A stretch of 35,300 nucleotides of DNA, taken from NCBI GenBank assembly GCA_002269645.1, contig NIVC01004774.1, positions 1 to 35,300 on the forward strand. Direction: 5' to 3'. Both the position numbers and the translations under genes were made by a program. Shown one piece after another: positions 11,999-23,208 of the stretch (its first letter is position 1; every line of letters starts with the position of its first letter). Below the pieces are notes generated by a model, which was not told where the DNA came from, did no database searches, and saw nothing but the letters and a program-made list of their open reading frames with translations. Source of the stretch: Macrostomum lignano. Its lineage: Eukaryota.

Positions 11999-13450
11999 AT
12001 GTCTTTGGTGTTCCGATTCGATATTTTAAAGCTAGAGATATAATAATTTCCATCAAGATACCCCTGTTTGACGCTTAGCGTTGCATAAAATGCTACGGAG
12101 TAAATATGCATCCCTCGAATGTTTTCATACACTGACAAAGCAAAAAAATTGCAGGAAAGAATTGCTTTACCCAAATCACTACTCAAGTAGACCAGAGCTA
12201 CTTGCTTTTACGCATCTAACGGTTTGATAACGGAAAGACTTTTGTTGAATTAAAAATGGGAAAACAAGTGTTTTATATACCTCTCAATTCCGTTGGAAAA
12301 ATTCCAGTGACGGACATGTAGGCCATCGTCCATGGCCACTCCAGTCCGAAGCAGAGTGTTTAAAAACGTCTCTTTGGGGGGTTATATTAGGCAATTTTCC
12401 TAGCGGTAGACATGGAAAGCTTGATGAGATTCGCTATAAACCAGTCATCTCATGAAACAGAAACTTTTGAGTAGCAAGCTTCAATCAAATGTTTATTTTA
12501 TGGGACAAAAAAGGAATGCCCCATCTCTTTCCTCCCTGCTTCCTAAGTTCCTGCTGCCGTTTAAAACATAGTTAAAAGAAACTCAGGCTCAGTATCATTT
12601 TTACGCGCTTAACACCTTGATTTATACCAGGTTTACAGAATGTAAATACTCGTACATGTAAGTTTTTTTTTAAACGCGCGACATCAAAAAAGCAGGTGCG
12701 AGAGAGCTTGTAGTGAAACAAAAATGGTGCCTGCCACAAAATCTTTTTCCACGAATCCACCTGCCAAGTTTGTCTAATCAGTGTGAAGATACATTGAAAA
12801 TATAGCATACTTCTGATGAACAATGATTCTAATGACGAAAGTGTAAACAGACTCCCGGTCGAGCGCAAGGATCACTTTAGAAGTAGAAGGACTGGATACT
12901 TAATGATTTCTTAGAAAAAAACTGAAGGCTCAGAAGGCTAAGAAAATTTTGTACTAATCTTCAACAAACAAAACAACTGCCATCGCAAGATTTGAGTTCA
13001 TAGATAGTGGCGTTACATTTTGGTTACATATCTTTTGGAAAGAAATTTTCCAAGAAACAAATTGTTTCAGTCCAACTACTTCTAGAGGTCCTTTGTCGCG
13101 TCAGAAGTTTTGTTCAAATCATCAAATTAGACGCTTGAAACAAATGGGAGTGAATAGAAAGCAACAACAAATTGATTCATAGTTACATACGTACTTATAC
13201 AACAAGCATAAGAAATTGGATTAAATTAAAATGAGAAAGAAAAATAGGGCGTAAATTTCTGCTTTACTACTAGCAACTGAAAATATGACTCCGCAGAGAC
13301 AATCCGCCAGCCTCGAATGCGTGAAGCAATCGGGTTTTTAAAATAAAATTTTCACATCAATTGAACCAGAATGAAGAAACCCATCGCTGCTTGAATATAA
13401 AAAAAATTTCAGCGCCTCGTCTTCCGTCTGTCCCGACTGTTGTGCCAGTT

Positions 13451-14361
13451 TCAAAAAAATGCGTCCTCCGGATTCTCCATCGGTGTCAGATCGAATTCGA
13501 GACGATCGAAAGCGCCCAGAGTGAAGTGCGGCGAAGTGCCAAAATCTTCAAATTCGTTGCGTTTCTGCTCGCGCACGCCGTCCAGCTGACAAAGGTAGTC
13601 GTCTTCGGGGTTGTCTGGAGTAGCGGCGTGCAGTGGTATTGAGTTCGTTAGAGTGAATAAATGCTGTGACGGAATGATGATCGATACACTGGTTACGAAT
13701 TAATCATTTGAATACCGTTGGGATGGAGTCGGGATGAGACAAAACTGACTAAAGCTACTGGTAAGTCTTTAGTGGGACTGTCATGCAGCTACGTCTTTAG
13801 TGAGGCTGTCATGCAGCTACGTCTTTAGTGGAAATGTCATGAAGCTACGTCTTTAGTGGGACTGTCATGAAGCTACGTCTTTAGTGAGGCTGCCGCTGGA
13901 GTGTACGAGTACTCTCCTGTAGTTCACGTATTCAGATCTTCCAGGAAGTTAAGATTATGGGCGAAAAACCTGAGTAATTCAATGTTTACAGGCTACATGC
14001 ATATTGGGAATCAGATCATGCATATTGGGAATCAGATCATGAATGCATATTAGAAATCAGATTTACCTCGTTTGGAACAGCAAAAGTCGTAAACTGCCGG
14101 CGGCTCTGGACAGACTACTCGCGAGCGTCCAACTCCGGCCAAGGAGGACCGACGACTGGACGCTTGAAGTGCGAAATTTCCAGCCTGTTCGGCGCCCTCC
14201 TGGAGCTTGGCTGCAGCGGCGGCTGCTGCTGCCTGTTCTCTCTGTCGAATTGCCGCCATTCGCATCGACTTGCTCAAACTAGTTCTGCGCCAAGAGTGAC
14301 GCCGTTTCCTACCGCCGCAGTTTTCAAAATCCCCGTCCGATTTAGCGAATACGCAGCCCAT
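13451..14361 (-). CDS. Orphan small protein of 152 aa with an N-terminal MGC acylation motif; exons 14361-14067 and 13614-13451
   Basis: AATC-ATG-G start gives MGCVFAKS. Donor GAG|GTAAAT at 14067/14066 (phase 1). Acceptor CTCCAG|AC at 13615/13614 with a CTAAC branch-like site about 40 nt upstream. Exon 2 is GC-rich, open in the matching phase, and ends ...FDRLEFDLTPMENPEDAFF*. Total 459 nt, in frame. Confidence 0.65.
13765..13892. repeat. 28-bp tandem repeat (GTCTTTAGTGGGACTGTCATGMAGCTAC), about 4.5 copies, intronic
   Basis: Direct tandem units inside the predicted intron 13615-14066. Confidence 0.9.
13996..14062. repeat. 21-bp tandem repeat (CATGCATATTGGGAATCAGAT), about 3 copies, intronic
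   Basis: Two perfect copies and one diverged copy abutting the predicted donor site. Confidence 0.85.
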
Positions 14362-15543
14362 GATTTGGTTTCGGTGTGTTTCAGGATGCGCCACGCCCAA
14401 CTACGGAGGACTGATTGCTGGGCCTAAGATTAAATAGTAAAAGAGTGGTTGTATTTTAGCAAATTAGACCAGGTGTCACTGTGGCGTGTCCGTAAAGTAC
14501 CGCCCGGTACTTTATTTCAACAATGTTAGTACACAGCAAATTCCAATCTATTAACGCCTGTGTATTTCCTTATTCTAGTGCCTTGATCTTATACTTACTG
14601 TATATAAGCTCTGGGTGTGTGGCGTTCTAAAGTAGCTTTAGATTGCCTCTCAGCTCTCCAGCTGCAGCTCCGCTATAGCGCTTACTGTTAACTTGATTGT
14701 TCGCGTGCTAGGGAGACGGTTTGAAAGAGAAGGGAAAGAAAAATCAATAACTTCTCTCCAAATCTGATCGGTACCCCCAGTGATCGCCGTACAGTTGTAG
14801 ATCACGTTAATACTGTACGTGTAGACCTCAGTCACAGCTCTTGCTGTAGCCCAAAAATTGCAATAGCATTGTAAAATTATTGGATCGATACCATGGCACA
14901 ATGTGATTCTCTAAACAGACCGAAAATGCGGAAGTGTTTAATGTAGAGCAAGCCAGGCATTTTTTACCTAACGGTCGTGAAGCACCCATGTAGCTTTATT
15001 CGAGTAGAAATTAACAATACTGTGGGTAAGAGCGAAGGCGTATTCAGCATGCCAGTGAAGTATGAGACAGACTAGGCCCATGGGCTAAGGTCTGCGATGC
15101 TTTACGCCTGCCCCTATCTTCAGCAGGTCAAGGCTGGTGGGAGGTCTGCACCCTCTATTTGCCTCTGGCAGCCGCAGACCCCCCCACGCTGTCTCGCAAG
15201 TCGACCCAGGGTACTCGTCCCCGCGTGTGTTCAAGGCAGTCCCTAGGGCTGCTGGACAGACTGGGCTCCGGCGCTGGCGACCCTATCCAGTGGCTTCGGC
15301 CGAATTTGGGTATGCGGGTCTGGCTCGCCAACCTGCAGGCCGTGGTACTGCTCAACGTACTCTCTAATGCCTAAGGTGTTGACCGTGCCGATGGGCTGGA
15401 AGGCCGGGGAGTAGTCCGGTCGCAAGCGGTCCCCCTCCTGGTGTCGGGCCAGCCTTGAGGGTGCTATTGGCCTACTGCCCGGTCAGGTGGAGCGGCCGGG
15501 TGGGTACCGCGCCCCTTTGAGGGTAGCCCACCAACCTTTTATC

Positions 15544-16959
15544 ATGGCCTTCGAGCCGTCTATGGATAATCAAGCTAACTCTAGGGACGGGGACCCTTCT
15601 AAACCCCAACCTCAGTCCGAAGCACCGGCCGGCCCTGCTGGCAGATCCCAACCGACTGATTCAACTGTGGCAAAGGAAGGACCGGCTGGCTCTGCTGGCA
15701 GATCCGACCAGAGCTACCAAACTCAAAATACCCAAGGACCTGCCAGCTCCGCTGGTGGATCTAAGGGAACCGCGAGCTCTGAGCCTAAAGGACCGGCCAA
15801 ATCTGGCAGATCCGATGAAGCTCAGCGGGCTCGGCTTGAGCGCAAACGCGCTAAACAACGCGCCAAAAGGCAGGCCAAGAAGGGAGCTGCGGGGGCCAAA
15901 GCGGCGGCGTCCACCATGGATGCTGAAGCGACTGGAGTCCCAAGGCAACCAGGCGGGCCGGCCGGTGGAAGCTCCAGTAGTTCAGCGGCGGCGCTCCCTG
16001 GAGCTGCTGCCGCGGCTGCTGAGGCCGAAACCACGGCGCAACAAATGGCCACTGCCAACAAGGAGGTTCCTTCGGGAGCTACCTTTGCGGCGAAGGCCAA
16101 GGCCAAAATCCCGGGAGTGATCATCCAAGGTCGCGACCAGGACTGGACCACTGATCAGCTTCAAAAAGTGTGGAGTGCTGTTGACTCCTATCTGATTGAG
16201 CTGACTGTCGAGGAGGGAATCTCCATCGGCATTGAGCGGATGGTGCTGCGAAGCACATTCGTTCTTATTGCTCCTAGCAGCGAGGAGGACGCTCGGCAGC
16301 TGCTCCAGCGGCTACCGACGGTCTCCTTGGATGCTGACCTTGGCGGAGCTCTTTTTCTTCGCGAGGGCCAGCGTCCAAAGACGATACCCTATGTGGTTTT
16401 CGTCCCTGCTAAGAGCACCGCAGCTGGACCAGACGTTATTCGCCGGGTCCTACTGCGTCTGAACCCCGACCTCCCTGCTAGTGGACTGGTGTATCACCGC
16501 AAAGTCCGCAGGGGGGAGACGGGCAACTCAATTGTCCTCGGCCTTTCCAGCACTTGGGCGAGTCGGTACCCTAATGGATCCTCTTTCCAGCTGGGTGCCC
16601 TCAAGCTCAAGATGCGCCGAGGAAAGTCTGCCAAAGGGAAGGCTACTGCCAACCCCGGCATCTCCGGCAAGAGCGGGGCGCAGTCTAAGGCCCAAGGAAA
16701 GGCGCAAGCCGATCCCAAAGCCAAAGCTGCATCTCGCCCCTCTGCTAGCAGCAGTTCGGCGACCGCGGTAACGGCTCCGGCCAAGCCCCGGGAACCAAAC
16801 CTGCCAGTCGGAGAAGGAGTTGAGGACGAGGCCGGGTCTTCGGAATCCGAGCTCTCCTCGGCCACCCTGGTGGGGTCTGAAGGTAAAGATGCAGGTGAGG
16901 AAGCTTCCTCCATCCTGTCATCGGAGCCTGAGGACTCTGCTGGGGGGCCGGTGGGGTGA
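15544..16959 (+). CDS. LINE ORF1 (gag-like) protein, possibly extending to 17047 across a G-run indel
   Basis: First ATG is at 15544. Low-complexity basic N- and C-terminal regions surround a globular core (LLRLNPDLPASGLVYHRKVRRGETGNSIVLGL) resembling the Loa-type ORF1 domain (DUF4780-like, from memory). No CCHC knuckle. An overlapping frame continues GEEAMDVDQLPSP...LLSKSP* to 17047. Confidence 0.8.
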   Translation: MAFEPSMDNQANSRDGDPSKPQPQSEAPAGPAGRSQPTDSTVAKEGPAGSAGRSDQSYQTQNTQGPASSAGGSKGTASSEPKGPAKSGRSDEAQRARLERKRAKQRAKRQAKKGAAGAKAAASTMDAEATGVPRQPGGPAGGSSSSSAAALPGAAAAAAEAETTAQQMATANKEVPSGATFAAKAKAKIPGVIIQGRDQDWTTDQLQKVWSAVDSYLIELTVEEGISIGIERMVLRSTFVLIAPSSEEDARQLLQRLPTVSLDADLGGALFLREGQRPKTIPYVVFVPAKSTAAGPDVIRRVLLRLNPDLPASGLVYHRKVRRGETGNSIVLGLSSTWASRYPNGSSFQLGALKLKMRRGKSAKGKATANPGISGKSGAQSKAQGKAQADPKAKAASRPSASSSSATAVTAPAKPREPNLPVGEGVEDEAGSSESELSSATLVGSEGKDAGEEASSILSSEPEDSAGGPVG

Positions 16960-17086
16960 GGAGGCCATGGACGTCGACCAACTCCCATCTCCCAGTCAAG
17001 CCCCAGCGGCCTGGGACGAGGACGATCTGTTGTCCAAGTCTCCTTGATGGCCCTGGGCTCTAGCCAGAAATTGCATTTAATACAGT

Positions 17087-20000
17087 ATGACTAAGCTCCA
17101 CGCTGCCAAAGGAGCGACATTCTGTCTGCAAATTAATTTACAGCATTGCGTATCTGCGTCAGTAAATCTGATGAAGATTGCTGAGCTGTACAGGCCAGGC
17201 CTCATCCTGATCCAGGAACCCTGGATGCGCAACGGTAAGTTGCCCAACATTCCCTCTGGCTACTCTGATTTTTATGTGTGTGGCCCGGGGAACAGCCGCC
17301 CTAGAGCGGCTATCCTCGCTGCTAGCCATCTCCAGGCTTGGCTGAGGACTGATCTCTCTGATGGAGACCTTTGTGTCATCCAATCTAATCATTTCTCTCC
17401 GCGTACGTGTCTTGTTGCCTCGGTTTATATCCCAGGCGACAGAGACCCTGCTCCTGAGAGTTTACTGCGCCTCGCGCAGTACTGCGAGTCCCAGAACGCT
17501 GAGCTGTGCTTAGGGGGCGACCTCAACGCGCACCACAAGCACTGGGGCAGCAAAGATACCAACACTAGAGGAGAGGAGCTTCTGGCCCTCATCTCTAACA
17601 CAAACCTCATGCTCTGCAACCGCGGCAGCACTCCTACCTTTAATAATAGCAGATGGACCGAGGTCCTCGACGCCACACTCGTTACCCCAAGACTCTTTGA
17701 CAGAGTTGAGGAGTGGAGAGTCTGGTCTGAGGAGCCCTCCCTGTCTGACCACTGCTTTATCGCCTTTAACATCGCGGACACTAAAACCCAGTCTCCGATC
17801 ACTTGGAGACGCAATATCCGCAACACTGATTGGGCGGCCTACAAGGCTGCCCTTGATCTGCACCTGCAGGAACTCACGGACTTACGTCCGATTGAGACCT
17901 GCGAGGATGTGGATCATATGGCTGAGACGCTGACAGGTTGCATTATTGAAGCCTACGAAGCGGCTTGTCCTGCTCGCGCCTACAAAGGCAAGACCTCGGC
18001 GCCGTGGTGGAACCCGGAGCTGGGGAAACTCAGGCGGAAGGCCAAAAGCCTTCATCGCCGTGCCATGAAGACCGGAAACCCGGAGGACATGGAGCTTTTC
18101 CGGCAAGCCTCCCGCAATTTCAAATCTGAAGTGCGCAAGGCCAAGGAATGTAAGTGGCGCCAATTCTGCAATGAATTGGATCAAGACAGACCTACTTCTA
18201 GGCTTGTCAAGGCCCTTACAATGGACAAAATGTCCAAATTAGCCATGATCAAAAAAGATGATGGCTCTCTTACTAAAGACCCTGAAGAAGTGCTTCAGCA
18301 TATGCTTAGCACATTCTTCCCGAGGGTACCTACTGCTAGACCGGAGCCCAACCATTCGATGGATGGAGCCACCCTAGCGGCGGGCATTGTCACTGAAGAC
18401 CTAATCGCTCGTGCGGTCAGAACCTTCAAACCCTTCAAATCTCCTGGACCTGATGGTATCTACCCTGTTCTCCTTCGTGAAGCAGCCAAGATACCCTCGT
18501 TCCTGAGACTCACCCGCAATCTTATGCGGGCCTCTATCCAGCTGGGATACGTTCCCAAATGCTGGACTGAAGCTCGGGTAGTCTTTATTCCCAAACCTGG
18601 GAAGGGTGACTACCAAAGCGCAAGGCCTTCCGGCCTATTAGCTTAACGTCAGCAATGCTTAAGCTCACTGAGAGGCTTATTCTCTGGCGGCTGCTGTCCT
18701 GCGAGCTGACAGCGATGCCCCTCAGCAATAATCAGCACGCCTTCCGTACCGGGAGGTCGACTGACAGCGCCCTGCATGCGATTGTCGAGAAGATTGAAAG
18801 GGCGGTACTGGGTGACGGTTACGCTCTGGCTCTCTTTCTTGACATTGTTGGCGCCTTCGACAACGTTATCTTTGAAGCGTTTCAGAGGGCCCTTCAAAAT
18901 CGCAAAGCTCATGCTACCCTCATACGGTGGATCATGTACATGATCTCCAACCGTACGGTCACTGCCCAACTTCTTGGGCAAACTGCCTCCACCAGAGTCT
19001 GTAAGGGTGGACCCCAAGGCGGAGTCCTCACCCCGACGCTCTGGAACCTGGTCATGGACGCTCTTTTGAGTGACTCCCGACCCGACCCCGTCTTCAAAGT
19101 CGGGTATGCTGATGACGTCACGGCCATTGTGGCAGGACCGTCTCCCAGCACGCTCAGGGATCTGATGCAGAGCTTTATCCGCAAAGCAGAATCCTGGGCC
19201 AATGACAATGGTCTGGAACTCTCTGAGCCCAAAACCGTTGCCATTATGTTTACCAGCAGACTACGCTGGAACATACGTCCTCTGCAGCTCTACGGCAGAG
19301 ATATTGCCTTCGCGCACCAGACCAGATGTCTCGGGGTCATACTTGACCACCGGCTCAACTGGTCCTCCACGTGAAAGCAAAAGCCAAGCGTGCCTCAGCC
19401 ATCCTGGCCCAGCTCCGACGAGCACTTGGCACTTCTTGGGGTCTATCCCCAAAGCGGCTTTGGTGGATCTATACTTCCGTAGTTAGACCTGCCATTACGT
19501 ACGCCTCTGTTGTCTGGGTTAGCGCTACCCAGGTCAAAAGCCATGCAGACCTGCTCAACACGATCCAAGGCAGAGCGTGTAGGCTCATCTGCAACGCCAC
19601 CAGGTCCACGCCCTTTGCTGGCATGGGGGCCTTCCTTAATCTTCCGCCTCTTGACCTCTTCATCAGGGGTGAGGCGGCTAGAACGACGCGGCGTCTAATT
19701 GATGCCGGCGTCAAATTCATTTACATGAGAGCACCTGCTAAGCGGAACCTTGTCCCGCATAGCGATCTGTGCCTCAACTTTCTCAACGAGTGTCAGGCCA
19801 ATCGCGTCTTCACCGATGGCATTGCCTCAACGCTCAACCTGAGACAGCGCTACTCCGTAGCTATCGACTCGCGCGATAACATCAATGACCATTGGAACCC
19901 TGGTGAGCTTCATTGCTACACCGACGGTCCTAAGCAGTCAGCCAACACCGGCTTTGGTGTTGGAATCTTTCTGAACGGGAGGGTCATCGCTACCCACGCT

Positions 20001-20825
20001 CAATACACTGGGGTCAACTCCAGTGTTTTCCAAAATGAAGTTCTGGCCATCAGCTCCTACACTGCAGAGCTTCTCGCCACTGGCGTTACTGGTAAGAACA
20101 TCATTTTCCATTCGGACAGCCAAGCTGCCTTGCACGCCATCAGTGGCTGCAGCACCAACTCTGCTACAGTCCTTGACTGTATCAAACTCCTCAATGTGTT
20201 GGGTTCCGCCAACAAAATTACCCTTAAGTGGGTTCCGGGGCATGTGGGGATCCGAGGAAATGAGTTGACTGACACCCTTGCAAAAGTTGGTGCCTCCGGC
20301 TCCTCTCTCGGCCCCGAACCTCTTGTCCCGATTCCTGGCTGTGTCATCGACTCGCGCATCAAAGCGTGGATCAGGACTCAGCACCACTCGACTTGGGCGA
20401 ACCGCACGAACTGCAGGCAATCCAGAGGCGCTGTCCCTCAGCCCTCTCACCAGCTCCGGAAGCTCCTCTTGCGCCTCTCGCGCAGAGACATCCGGGCTGC
20501 CACCATGACCCTCTCTGGTCACGGCTGCTTCTCCAGGCACCAGCACCTGCAGGGCAACGCCACCAACGCCACCTGTAGCTTCTGCAACTCAGGTGACGAA
20601 ACCGCTGAGCATTTCGTCAGCATCTGTCCCGCCTTCACGCGGGCCAGACTCACTTACCTCGGGCCACACACATCTATTACTGAAGCGTGCAAACCCGAAA
20701 ACTTTAATCAGCTCATGCGCTACCTTCGGGCCACCCGCAGGGCTGAACTCTCCTTTCTAGAGAGCACCATAGCTGCTGGCGACACTGGGGGACCTCCCTG
20801 GGCGGCGCCAACCCTCCGTCCATAG
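17087..20825 (+). CDS. LINE ORF2 polyprotein (APE endonuclease, reverse transcriptase, RNase H, C-terminal CCHC), interrupted by two 1-bp deletions at about 18622 and 19367
   Basis: APE: QINLQH, IQEPW, GGDLNAHH, SDH. RT: KSPGPDG, PKPGK, QHAFR, LDIVGAFD, GGPQGGVLTP, YADD, LGVILD. RNase H: YTDG, FQNE, SDSQAAL, WVPGHVGIRGNELTD. Zinc knuckle CSFC-x8-H-x4-C. Adding one A restores AKAFRPISLT; adding one C restores WSSHVKAK. Confidence 0.93.
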
Positions 20826-21054
20826 CGACGCGTCGGCCGTTCAGGGACTAGCGGAATGGGCGCCCGCGCCTTCCCGCTGTGTCCCCTCCGGGACAGCCCT
20901 GCAGCTAAGTCAAGTAAGTCAAGAAGTGGGTAAGAGTTTTGCTAACATTTGAGAAAAGTAAACGTGTAAATCCGTAAATGGTAGTCACCGCTATTTATGT
21001 ACATATAACACGTATTGTCACATGAAACTGTTCAGAAGCAACTCTGTTCAGAAG

Positions 21055-21155
21055 CCCCCTTGGTGCTGGCGCCCCCTTGGTGCTGGCGCCCCCTCGGTGC
21101 TGGCGCCCTCTTGGTGCTGGCGCCCTCTTAGTGCTGGCGCCCTCTTGGTACTGGC
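21055..21155. repeat. 17-bp tandem repeat (CCCYCTTGGTGCTGGCG), about 6 copies
   Basis: Direct tandem units, with GGCGCC at unit junctions. Confidence 0.9.
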
Positions 21156-21322
21156 ATTAACTCGATCACACGCGATAGCAGCACTTCTCAGTTATCTTAA
21201 CTATCACCAAAACGACTAGTCACTGAAGCCACCTGATATCTAAAGGACTTTGCATCCAAAAAACTGCTTCAAAAACATTACCATGAAAGAAACTGATTTT
21301 TAACAGAAAAACCAATTACTAT

Positions 21323-21360
21323 CTTACTACCTTACTACCTTACTACCTTACTACCTTACT
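21323..21360. repeat. (CTTACTAC)n 8-bp tandem repeat, about 4.5 copies
   Basis: Perfect tandem units. Confidence 0.9.
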
Positions 21361-21422
21361 TAGAGTTGCTCATCTAAGTGTTAGACTTTCTAAAACTACT
21401 TGGCCTGTAACTGCTCCGACTT

Positions 21423-21710
21423 CAAGGGGCGTCTCCACCGGAGGGGGAGCAGGTTCCATCATCCTTGTCGTCGTCCCCCCACCCAACCCTCAATAATTTT
21501 GCTTCAGGGCGACAAAACATAGCGCCTGTGGCACCAAAATGAGTACCTGCAGCGCTAAAAATGAGTACATGCTTCGCTGAAATAAGTGCCTGCAGCGCCT
21601 AAATGAGGACCTGCGGCGGCGCTAAAGTCGGAAAATAATGCACATTTACATGTAGAATTCTTGCATGGCTTGTCCGGACCCCCACCATAAAATTGATGGC
21701 GACGCCCCTG
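21423..21710 (-). mobile_element. Non-autonomous DNA element (MITE family A, copy 1) with about 4 internal 21-bp repeats
   Basis: Terminal inverted repeats CAAGGGGCGTCTCCA / TGGCGACGCCCCTG. Internal GGCACCAAAATGAGTACCTGC is the reverse complement of the satellite core at 33672-34790. Both subterminal regions align with the 33578-34949 copy in inverted orientation. No TSD found. Confidence 0.7.
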
Positions 21711-22229
21711 CCTCATATTGTATGTATTTCTATGTATCGGTTGGATGGGTAGACCTGCAGGTACGAGGGGTGTCTTCGAGTATTGTCGTAAAGGCTATAA
21801 TTAGCTCGTGTAGAAAGCCAACAACATAACTAATTTATATCAGTTATTTTTTAATCAACTGAAACTTGCACCAGGTGTGGATCGAATCAAGCGCAATAAA
21901 CACTGGCAGTGATATTTGCGAAATTGGTTAAAAGATCTAAAGCACAAATTGTTTTTTTAATTTTTGTAGGAATTAGTTTAAATAAGTCCTTACATTAAGT
22001 TCTTAAATTTAAACGGCAGACTTTATTTTTTTAATTTTATCCCACAGCAAGATCTCGAACTAGTATTGTAATAACTACTACAGTGTACGTTCTCCCCGTT
22101 GTTGCCATTCGTCACTCTCACTTCAGTCCTACCAATAATGTTTTTTTACACGCACGCAAACTGAATCATTAATCCTAACTTGGCTTATATATGTATATCG
22201 GCTCGTCCACCTCCTGCCTCATCGCCGAC

Positions 22230-22534
22230 GGCAATGGCTATAGTTCCGGCACCGGAACCCATTTTCTAACGGCTATGGATCCAGCGGTGGTATCCATGCG
22301 GTATAGTGCAATTTATGGGTTTGCAGAAACATTTTCTTTTTTAACGGGTGGTTGATAATTGAGATTTTGTTCAAGATAAGATCGAAACGAAACGAAGAGA
22401 TTTAAAACAAAATATACTTCTAATGTTCAAAGACTTTATTATTAGATACACGTAACTGTCTGCAGATCTAGACAGCGCCGTACCATTAGCCATAGAAAAC
22501 GGGTTCCGGTGCCGTTTGAACTCTAGCCATTGCC
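22230..22534. mobile_element. 305-bp MITE, Mutator (MULE)-type
   Basis: About 55-bp imperfect TIRs (GGCAATGGCTATAGTTC..CGGCACCGGAACCC.TTTTCTA and its reverse complement). Perfect 9-bp TSD ATCGCCGAC at 22221-22229 and 22535-22543. A 9-bp TSD with G-starting long TIRs is typical of MULEs. Confidence 0.85.
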
Positions 22535-22770
22535 ATCGCCGACCTCGGCAACCTGCAGCTGCAGCAGGCGCTTGGACTTGCACTGACCCCTCAGGCCTCA
22601 GCCCTCAGACAGGCTGCTAGTCTACTACTTATACTGCCTCCCTCCTTGCCTGTTCTGCGAGTGCGTGCGCACAAGTTTGTTCTGATCCTCTTTATTGTTG
22701 TGTTAAGTTGTTCATTGTCCTGCTGTATTTTTATATTATGTTTATAGGCCTAGTTGAATGGGGCGCTGAC

Positions 22771-22863
22771 CAATTCGGCGACAAACAAATTCGGCGACAG
22801 AGATTCACCATGGACAAATTCGGCGAAAGCAAATTCGGCGACACTTTCGTCAATTTCGGCGAC
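22771..22863. repeat. Cluster of 5 AAT(T)TCGGCGA motifs, probably the subterminal repeats of a DNA-transposon remnant
   Basis: Irregularly spaced direct repeats. No partner end identified. Confidence 0.5.
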
Positions 22864-23208
22864 AGAATAATTTTGTATAAACTTGTTAATTATTTTAATA
22901 CAATGGTATTAGAAAATGCATACTAGCTTTCCTTTTTTATTGAGTTTGCTTAATCCAGTACTTATTCTGTACTTTATTTTAAATGTGCTTTCCAAGAAAT
23001 GTTCGTTCATTCTCGATTTTGATGTCCACGAGCATATATTTTGATTAACAATTTTTTCTATCAAAGGTCATGCAGGAGTTTAGTGGACGTGGCCGGAGTC
23101 TTAGGGCACCTCTTTGCCACAGAAAATCTAAATGTACGTTCCTGTACAGCAGTAGTATCAATTGACAGCATATGCGTAGGAACGTTTCAAAAAGTGGGGG
23201 GCCAGGTT

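Larger units (their letters stand above)
15033..20925 (+). mobile_element. Full-length non-LTR retrotransposon (LINE), I-group/Loa-like, with RNase H
   Basis: 11-bp TSD GTGGGTAAGAG at 15022-15032 and 20926-20936. About 510-nt 5' UTR, ORF1, ORF2 with APE-RT-RNase H-CCHC, about 100-nt 3' UTR ending in (TAAGTCAAG)2. The clade is assigned from domain architecture and remembered motifs. Confidence 0.93.

Noticed and set aside
11566-12186. Long ORFs across the 25-bp array; CRISPR-like appearance
   Set aside because: Units are contiguous with no unique spacers, there are no cas genes, the context is eukaryotic, and the ORFs are simply stop-free repeat translations.
12813-12840. CTGATGA…CGAAA hammerhead-like core
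   Set aside because: The intervening 17 nt cannot form stem II (no G-C closing pair), and no flanking stems I/III were found.
15170-15480. HDV-like ribozyme and HCV-IRES-like words (GAGTAGT, GGTCGC, AGGGTGCT, TACTGCC) in the LINE 5' UTR
   Set aside because: I could not build the nested P1/P2/P3/P1.1/P4 topology with a C75-type J4/2, and the IRES-like words occur in the wrong order. Only the general structure and the partial twister-like match are kept.
15661-20546. Numerous antisense and alternate-frame ORFs overlapping the LINE and GPCR CDSs
   Set aside because: They are shadow ORFs of GC-rich coding sequence with no recognisable motifs.
21761-21773. GTACGAGGGGTGT (mariner-like terminus), also at 4634-4646
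   Set aside because: Only single ends were found, with no matching inverted terminus or transposase, so it is insufficient to call an element.
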